A DNA stretch of 64,000 nt from the human T2T-CHM13v2.0 reference genome, Homo sapiens, in the NCBI RefSeq assembly GCF_009914755.1, contig NC_060927.1; one strand, given 5' to 3'. The position numbers and the translations under genes are program-made. Of this stretch, positions 55,546-64,000 are shown one piece after another (position 1 is the stretch's first letter; each line of letters opens with the position of its first letter). A model generated the notes under the pieces. It searched no databases and was not told the DNA's origin. It was given only the letters and a program-made list of their open reading frames with translations.

Positions 55546-55824
55546 TGTCAATAAGATATGGATATCTAGGCAGTAGTGCACATTTGATTTGATGATTTTT
55601 TTAAAAATACCTTCATGCTTTCCATGAACTTACAACTTCCCACTGCTTGGATGGTCCACAGCCCAGTTTGGGAACTATAGTTACATAATTTACTAATGGG
55701 TGAACTGTAGTTTTTAAAATTTCTTCTCCCTTGTGATCTCTCATCAAAGTGTTCTTAGCCAGTTTCAAATATATTTAATTCTGATCCAATTCCTGCCGCA
55801 CAACTCAGCTGTGAATGACTTGAG

Positions 55825-55914
55825 GCAGGAAAGTCGTAACGAGTCTAGCCTCCCCAGAATTGTAATGGAGCAGGAACGTCGTAGCGAGTCTAGCCTCCCC
55901 AGATTTGTAATGGA
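55825..55914. repeat. 45-bp tandem duplication
   Basis: GCAGGAAAGTCGTAACGAGTCTAGCCTCCCCAGAATTGTAATGGA x2, three mismatches. Confidence 0.95.
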
Positions 55915-56057
55915 GACATTTTATCTGGATTCTTCCTTATTATATGAATTTTTAAATAGCAATCAACAAAGACGTAATATTGCTGCCTTTTCCTTTGTTT
56001 ATCCCAGTTACCCCTAGACACTTATTTTTTAAATAAATACAATTTTAAATGGATCTC

Positions 56058-56176
56058 TTTTTTTTTTTCAGTTGCAAGATTTAATAGCGTGAAAACAGAG
56101 CTCCCATACGAAGGGAGGGGACCCAAAGGGGGTTGCCATTGCTGGCTCGAATGCCTGGGTTTATATCCCGATCATT
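56058..56176 (-). mobile_element. HERV-W (LTR17) U3-R fragment ending in poly(A): truncated processed retrocopy
   Basis: Minus strand AATGATCGGGATATAAACCCAGGCATTCGAGCC...CCCTTTGGGTCCCCTCCC...GGGAGCTCTGTTTTCAC...ATTAAATCTTGCAACTG then A11; no U5. Confidence 0.88.
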
Positions 56177-57035
56177 TAATGAACCATTAGAAATCATTAA
56201 CACCTGCCCTTAACTGAGTCATTGTAGCTACCCACCTTCTGGGAAAAGTTAGATAAAAGCAAGCCATTATATTCTATTTTTCTTGGTTAAACTTGTCACT
56301 CTGTATCTCTACTATGATACGAAGTGACAGAATAACTTCTTGTTTGTGCATCTCAAGGGTACAGAGCTATGATACGGGTCTTCCAATTAAAGTCAACATT
56401 GCCTACTGCAATTTACACCTATTGATATGTTAGCAGCTAATTCAAAAGCATAGCTTGCCGATTTCCACTTTGCACCACAGTTTCAATTGTCACAAGGGAG
56501 AAAGCACAATTCTTATTGCCTTTCTTCTGTTTTATGTTTGTCTACAGGGCTGCTCCTCATATTATATTTGGATGTGTTAAATGATTTTTTCTGTTTGCAT
56601 GTGGAAATCTCTTTCTGCTTGTTGTTTACTTTTGTACAACAGTGGTGCTGGACTGGGATATTGAGATAAAGTATTTTTATGTATAATTTGAGATATAGCT
56701 GGAATATCATGAAGTCTATAAAGGGCTACATGTTTATCAGACAGAATAAGTGCAATGTAAATCCACATTTGCCCATATGAATATCATTGACACATGGTAT
56801 TGATAGCATTGTCATAGCCAGATCTATCAAATGTGTTCAAATTCATAAGAGAGCAATATAACCATGGAAGAGAGTTATTAACATTTACTTTCATCGAAAT
56901 ATGTGGGCTCCTAAATACTGTTTTTTCTTTAACGTATTTTTTCTGATATTCATTTAATCAAGACAATATGTGAACTGTTTGTCCAGGTCAAATGATGAAT
57001 AAACATGTTTGAAACCCTCAAAACATTTACATTAT

Positions 57036-57329
57036 AGTTGGGCACAGTGGCTCACACCTGTAGTTCCAGCACTTCGAGAGTCCAAGGCAGGAGGATCGCT
57101 TGAGTCCAGGAATTGAAGACCAGCATGGGAAACATGGCAAAACCCTTTCTGTACAAAAATGAAATAAAGAATTAGCCGGGCATGGTGCCGCATGCCTGTG
57201 GTCCCAGCTACTCAGGAGGTGGAGGTGGGAGAATCGCTTGAACCTGCGATTTCTAGCTGCAGTGAACCATAATTGCAACACTGCACTCCAGCCTGGGCGA
57301 CAGAGTGAAACCCTGTCTCAAAAAAGAAC
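57036..57329 (+). mobile_element. AluJ, full length
   Basis: GGAGGATCGCTTGAGTCCAGGA, GCTGCAGTGA; TSD AAA(C/A)ATTTACATTAT. Confidence 0.95.
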
Positions 57330-57584
57330 AAAAATTTACATTATAGTAGAAAATGAAAATATTGACAATTGTATTAGATTGATCTGTATAAAATTGGTAA
57401 AATTCCACTCTTTTTTGCCTACAAAATGTCATTTTCTATGATTCAGTCTGATATTTTGAGCCAAAATGAAATAACCATCACAATAGAAATACAAGCCACC
57501 TCAAAAGAGCGAAGGAAAAAAAAATTGAGGGAACCGTGATAGTCTACAGAGAGCAGGTGGCATTTGAATAGTATCTTAAAAAAT

Positions 57585-57856
57585 TTGGAAGAATTGGATG
57601 TAGAATGCCTGTAGAAGCTCCTCTATTTTATTCATTGGTTGGAAGAACTGGATGTAGAATGCCTGTAGAAGCTCTTCTATTTTATTCATTGGTTGGAAGA
57701 ATTGGATGTAGAATGCCTGTAGAAGCTCTTCTATTTTATTCATTGGTTGGAAGAATTGGATGTAGAATGCCTGCAGAAGCTCTTCTATTCTATTCATTGG
57801 TTGGAAGAATTGGATGTAGAATGCCTGTAGAAGCTCTTCTATTTTATTCACTGGTT
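57585..57856. repeat. 54-bp minisatellite x5
   Basis: TTGGAAGAATTGGATGTAGAATGCCTGTAGAAGCTCTTCTATTTTATTCATTGG at 57585, 57639, 57693, 57747 and 57801. Confidence 0.99.
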
Positions 57857-58100
57857 AGGCTTTTTCCATCTGTACTATGTTAGCTTGTTGTTTGGCATCG
57901 CAATATGGAGTCAGTTCTATGAGCACGCCAGTGAGAATGGAGGCAGGAAAGCCCTGAAGCATTCCTGGGCGATGGGCTGAAAATGAAAATAAGCATTGAC
58001 CATTGACACAGTGTTTTATCGACAGGTTCCCTGGCAAAGTGTTAATGACTTACTGTGGCTCTGTTCAGAGAAATGATAAAAAGCAGAGTGAGGATAGTGA

Positions 58101-58294
58101 CAGTGGTGTGTTTGGTAAATGTTTAATAGCTGGTCTCTGGAAGGGGGTGGGGGAGCCCTCATGTGTAGCTTTTGACAATTTTCAAGACCAATTTCAAGCT
58201 ACCGACCTGATGGTATGGGAGGCAGTGCTGGAAAGAGATATGCACGTTCAGCTCTCTGGAGCCAAGCCAGTGTGGGTGGACTCCAGCACACTTG
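58101..58294. mobile_element. MER63-like hAT-Blackjack MITE
   Basis: CAGTGGTGTGTTTGGTAAATGTTTAA...ATTTCAAGCTACC...GAGATATGCAC...CTCCAGCACAC. Confidence 0.85.
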
Positions 58295-61200
58295 GAATAA
58301 TAGGAATTTTTCCTCAAAACAAAGTAACCATTTGAACCCTGGTTGAAAGTGCTATGTTCAAGTGCACAGTGTCATTACATTTGTATTATAAACCTGGTCA
58401 GATTTATAACGTTTTCAAGATCTATCTGGAATACTTGTGTGGAGACCACTCCAGATTATTTTTAACAGTGGTAGAAAACTATTTATTTATCTTTCAGTAT
58501 GCTACAGATTTTACATCCCCTTCCCACCAGAAATACTATGGGGTAGGGAGAGGTTATCAGCCAATGCATTTTTTAAATAAATGTTTATATTTTGTACTTG
58601 TGATAAAAATGGAATTTACTCTAGGTTTTCATAATTGTTTTGATGCCCAGTGCTTATCCATTTTAGAAAGTAAAGGTTATTTTTTAAAAGTATGTAACAT
58701 TTTTCTCTTTAGTAAAAATTAAAGAAATAAGGTCCTTATGGACATCTTTCTGATTTCTTACTTGACACAAATGACAGAAATTTAAATACAAATATAACTG
58801 TAATTTAAATTCTCTAGGCATTTATTTTCTAGTCTGCCAATTTGAGCCACACTGAAAAGTATAAGGACTTTAACATTGTCAGTATCAGATGTCAGCTTAA
58901 TCTCAGTGAATATATTGAGATCTTTTCCGACCTCTAAGCAGCAGCCATGGTGCTTCTTTTGTTTGGCTCCTAATCAGATCTGCTGTTTATCCAGGTCTGT
59001 CGAATAAACAAAATTTGCATGAGAGGCTTTTGCCATCTGAGAAAAGTGCTTTACACTTCAGTTGTCTTTTCTAGCGACTTAGTTTAGGGGAAGGGAATTT
59101 TCCCCACCATATCAGACTTCTCCAGGCAGGCCTTCATCTCATGAAGACTTTTTTCTCTTTTATTTGGACGTTCTGATATCCGGATTCCTTTTGGTCCTGT
59201 CAACACAGATGTGTGTGTGTCTGTACAAAAGATCCCCATATTGATATTAAATCTCCTTCTAACCCGTGCCTTTGTTTTAAATTGCTGCCCAGACTTGGAG
59301 GCAATGTAATCTGAAGAACGTAGTTTCCTTTTTTAGTCCCATCTGCTCCATGTGCAAATGTTTAAATACATTTCCAGGTTTCTTTTAAAAGCACATATCC
59401 TTTGACACAATGCACAACATTTTATAGCCCTGAACCATTGATGCCTTGTAAAAGCGAGTCTTTGCAAGGTTATGTTTATCATTTCCTAATGTGCTGCTCG
59501 TTCTCTGTAACTTTGCAGCTAACACTGACCTTCCTCCCCCTGTTTCCTCTTTAATTGTTTTATATCTAACTCTATGCTTGAAGATGTGCTGAGAGCTGCC
59601 ATGGGTTTCTCTGTAACACTATGGATATTGCTGCTAAACGAATGTCTCCTGTTGAGGCACAGAGCATGGTAAATGCAACTTATGGCCTCATGTCCCTTTT
59701 GGGTAAATCCTATCTGGGGCAAATAAGAGAAAGAAAAATAGCAAAAAAAACCCATGGGCCTTGGGCACCCCCTAGTTCTCAGGGTGGGTGCTGTACCAAG
59801 GCTTTCAACAACAAAAAACTTCTTGGCAAACAGATGCCACAATCCTCACACTCCTCTGCAACATCACTATTCTTTTCCCCAAGTTTTTCCTCCCTTCTCT
59901 TCTTATTCTTTCTGTCATTTTTTGTCCATTAAGCAATTGTCCACTTTTCTTCTATTCTTTAGCATCGTTTTCCTGGTTTTAATTACAACTGTGACTCTAG
60001 TCATCATTTTATAATCTTACTTTATATTACTCAAATATCCTTCCCAAAGAGCGATGTTTCATAACTCATCTTTTCCCCCCTTTCTTCCTTCACCCTTACT
60101 CTTTGACCACAAATGTTTTTCTTTTGTTTAAACTTCATGAAAATCACCTGCTGGAAAACTTTCCAGAGATACACCAGTATATATTTGTTGGGAAATAAAA
60201 TTTTTAACTCTGTACTCATCTGTTTTTTCTTCTAATGCCAGGAAACCTCTCTGAAGGCAAAGCTGGGCTCCGACAGTCTTGATGAGCTCATTTTGAAAAT
60301 ATGACTATATACAGGGTGTCATTCATTTAGTCTCTCATCTTAGCCTAATATCCACATTGGAAACTGCTTCCTTTGAGGACGTTCTTGACTATCTTCTTCA
60401 ATGAAGTGTGCCTTTGGAAACTGTCATGTAGTGAAGCCCCAAGTCTATGTGTATAGTCCTTCTAATAGTTCAAAAGGAAGCTTTCTCTCCTTAAGGAGGA
60501 CTTTAAAAATAATTTTCTTTGTTCTTAGAGTCCAGTCTTGTCTCTACCCAGTCAGTCTTACAATTTTAGACTGTGTTATGTCTGTAACAATACATTTTCA
60601 TAGTCATTCATTCACTTGTATACTCATTAAATACCACTGTGTTGGACATTTTCATTTTAAAGAATATTTAATCATGATTCCTCTTAATTACTATACACCA
60701 GAAATTATCATAGTGTATTGAAGCTGTGTTACAAATTCCTAATGGGGCCCATAAGAAAGATACCTAGTGGCCAGGTGGAAAAGCAAGTGATCTAGTTCAA
60801 TGAATGGTATATTTAGGTCTTCCACAGCACCAAAGAATAAAAAATGCCCGCTTTTTGCAAAAGGAATACCATCAAAATGGCTAAAAACCATATTAATTTG
60901 CTGATGCTTGCAAAGTTCTTTAGGTTTGAGATATTTGTTGAATAGATGAAGGAAACCTGTTATTTTAATTGTTCCATTTAGTTTAAGAGCATAATCAAAA
61001 GTAATTTTGTCCTCTGCCTCATCCTGAGTATGCAACAAGCATTTAATTCTAGTATATGTCAGTATGTTAGTGGCTTTTCAAAGTTAAGTATATAAAATAT
61101 GAGAGTCAGATGTGTGTTTTGACTCCAGGTAAAAGGAGTCAAATGCAATTTAATTTGATTATTAGCATTGTGCTTTAGGTGATTGGATGCTACTTGATCA

Positions 61201-62167
61201 GAAGAGAGGAATTAAGTTGATTTGACAGCCCTCCAATTTTGCTTTTACTGTTATTGATTCATTGAATCCAGCCTCTTCTGTTCAAGGCTTGCTCTTGAAA
61301 AAGGCAATGATGGGCACATGTAGTCTAATCACATTTCATTGTCCATTTTCTGTGTATAATGATAAATTTCACTACCCAAATCAATTCTGGCCCAATTTCC
61401 TTTAATAGAATACAACTTAAAGAAGGCTGTTAGATTAAAAGCAATTTCTTTTATAAGGTATATTATTATAAAAGAAGAAAATGAATTGCAGGCATTTTCT
61501 TTATAATTTTGGTTTAGATTTTATTTGAGGTATACCACCAATATATAATTACCTTGAGTAGTGTGTAGCAGTCTAAAAAAAAAAAACAAAGGTCACTTTT
61601 ATGTTTAAAGAAGTTGTTCGGAGAACTGTATGTATTTAGAAATGCCGCTCTTCATTTATTCAGACTTAAACAGGCTTAGAGTCATATGAATCAGAGTAGG
61701 AAATGAAACTTTTTCTGCACCAATATCTATATATTTTGTCAATTTATCATACATGTTGCTCCCTAAAATTTCACTAGCAAATAAATGAATATTTTTTCCA
61801 GAGTATATGACCATGTATTATATTTTCTATATTTAAATGGAACCTATAATTAGCTCTTTAATTTTTTTTATATCTTTATCCCTTTCCATTACCAAATTAG
61901 AAATATAATTGCTTACCAAAATGCACAGTGAATTGTTTTCGAGGGTTAATATTGTGCATGTTCCCAGAAGCCAGTTATGTTTGGAGGATTTGGGGGTTGT
62001 GATGAACTGTACCTAGATTGATGTATGCAATTAAAATCTTTCTAACCTATGTATCAAGAGAATTGTTTAAGCATTGAAGAGTTAATACGGGGAAATGAGT
62101 TTCATTTAATGCACATAATTCCAGTGCTGTGAAAACATAGGGGGAAAAATCAATTGAGGTTCATATA

Positions 62168-62293
62168 CAAAACAAACAAACAAACAAACAGAAAACCACA
62201 CACACACATTCAGAGAAGTTATTTATTTATTTTGTATGTGTGTGTGAAAGACAGAGAGACAGAGAGAAATAGACAGAGAGAGAAAGAGAGAGA
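62168..62293. repeat. Compound microsatellite (CAAA)n/(CA)n/(TTTA)n/(TG)n/(GA)n
   Basis: Seen directly. Confidence 0.88.
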
Positions 62294-63083
62294 ATTAGAA
62301 ATGATTGAATTAAAGTGATTTAAAAATCCTGAATCCAGCGTATGGTGTGTTGTGATGATAGATGTTGAATCGAAGTTTTGTCAAAAACAAAATGAACGTT
62401 ATATAATAATAATAAAGATTTGAATCTATTCTGAGTTAGATGAAAAGAGTCAATGGCAGCAATAAAGGAAGAAAGAGAAAGAAAAAGTGAGAAAAGGGAG
62501 GAAGGAGATAAAACAAAAAAAGTCAGACTCCAAGAAATGCTAGATTCGAGAAGGTAAGACGAAAGTTGACATACCTGAGCCTCAGCAGGTTACTGCTATT
62601 GAAACGCTAATTAGCTAATTCAATTCTTTAGAGCTTTTACTTTTAAACCTTCCTATGCTTCTAGAAAATACACTTAATCTTTTAGGCAGTTAACAGAACA
62701 CAGAGATGTTGAAGACCATATGAAAATCAGTGGAAGGGTCAAGCCTAGTCAGAAGTTCTCCTCAACCATATCTGCCCTCCAAATAATATATCATGAACCA
62801 CTACTAGTGTTTGTATTGAAAATTCCTTCAGTATATATCCAGACAAATTCAGTAAAACAAATACAGGTAGTTGTTGCTTTACATGGCAGTGCAATACTAT
62901 AAAAAGACCATGAAAGTTGAAATTGTGCAAAGAGATCTTAATAATCAATGGAGGAAATTATGACTGCTCTATGACCTTTAAGGACTTAGGTCGCAACATT
63001 ACAGTTTCTTACACTCTCTATTGTAAATGAAGAGGGATTTTCAGAAAAGCACTAAACACCAATATTTACTTAGTACCCTGTCA

Positions 63084-63639
63084 TTTATTTTGTTTTGTTT
63101 TGTTTAATATGCTTTAAATTCTGGGACACATGTGCAGAACGTGCAGGTTTGTTACATAAGTATACACGTACCATGGTGGTTTGCTGCACCCATCAACCAG
63201 TCACCTACATTAGGTATTTCTCCTAATGCTCTCCCTCCCCTTTCCCCCACCCCCGACAGGCTCCAGTGTGTGATGTTCCCCTCCCTGTGTCCATGTGTTC
63301 TCATTGTTCAGCTCCCACTTATGAGTGAGAACATCTGGTGTTTGGTTTTCTGTTCCTGTGTTAGTTTGCTGAGAATGATGGTTTCCAGCTTCATCCATGT
63401 CTCTGAAAAGGAGATGAACTCATTCTTTTTTATGGTTGTGTAGTATTCTATGGTATATATTTGCCACGTTTTCTTTGTCTAGTCTATCATTGATGGGTGT
63501 TTGGATTGGTTCCAACTCTTTGCTATTGTGAATAGTGCTGCAGTAAACATATGTGTGCATGTGTCTTTATAGCAGAATGATTTATAATCCTTTGGGTATA
63601 AACCCAGTAATGGGATTGCTGGGTCAAATGGTATTTCTG
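63084..63639 (-). mobile_element. 5'-truncated L1PA7/8 3' end
   Basis: TTCTGGGACACATGTGCAGAACGTGCAGG...CCCAGTAATGGGATTGCTGGGTCAAATGGTATTTCTG; no TSD found. Confidence 0.95.
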
Positions 63640-63669
63640 ACTAGAAATGTTGAGAATTAAAATGTTATT

Positions 63670-64000
63670 GCTTATAAGAAAATTAATCAACAGTAGTTCA
63701 AATAGTACTTCTTTTTTTTTTTCCTTTTTGTTATAGTTTCTGATATGGAATGGGCATCTTTTCTATGTCTTTGTACATCATTATACTTTTTTCTGAGTTT
63801 GGATCAACTTCTAACAACTTATTCTTTTGTAAAGAAATGTCTGAGTTTTCCTGTAATGTCAAGTTTCAGAGCATCATTTCTTCTGGGATATCTTCATCAT
63901 TTTTGACACAACTTCTTCCCTCATTTATGTCAACAAGTTCATTTTCACAAAGTTCCTCTGGCTGTGTATCAGAGTCCCTCTGAAAAGTGAGAGTGTGAAC
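63670..64000 (-). mobile_element. MER82-like TcMar-Tigger relic, runs off the window
   Basis: Minus strand CAGCCAGAGGAACTT...GACATAAATGAGG...GATGAAGATATCCCAGA...GAAGTTGATCCAAACT...CATAGAAAAGATGC; reads as an acidic transposase-tail remnant DTQPEELCENELVDINE with stops. Confidence 0.8.

Noticed and set aside
57585-57856. CRISPR-like array
   Set aside because: Units are head-to-tail with no unique spacers, there are no cas genes, and the DNA is primate; it is a minisatellite
58354-58722. 122-aa ORF
   Set aside because: AT-rich composition, no domain or clear exon structure; a length expected by chance in 64 kb
63750-63983. 77-aa Ser-rich ORF at the window end as a possible exon
   Set aside because: Antisense to a MER82/Tigger relic whose sense frame has stops

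Overview
This is AT-rich, CpG-poor primate (human-like) non-coding DNA, either intronic or intergenic. I could not support any protein-coding exon, tRNA, rRNA, CpG island or CRISPR array, and I cannot name the locus. Most recognisable sequence is transposon-derived: Alu/FLAM, L1, L2, MIR, solo LTRs (LTR41, LTR33-like, MER4D, MLT1, THE1C, MSTD, MSTC, MLT2B) and DNA-transposon relics (MER5, MER63, MADE1, MER82), plus micro- and minisatellites. The supplied ORFs are largely explained by repeats or low complexity. Repeat family names come from my recall of consensus sequences, not from an alignment. The most notable observations are: an unexplained 100-nt nested hairpin (46734-46833); a tiny polyadenylated HERV-W/LTR17 retrocopy (56058-56176); a 54-bp x5 tandem repeat whose five variants are all T>C; a CTCF-like motif in LTR41; a MADE1 (miR-548-type) hairpin; several repeat-free enhancer-like blocks; and one speculative small exon. 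I see no convincing evidence of a new multi-component biological system.
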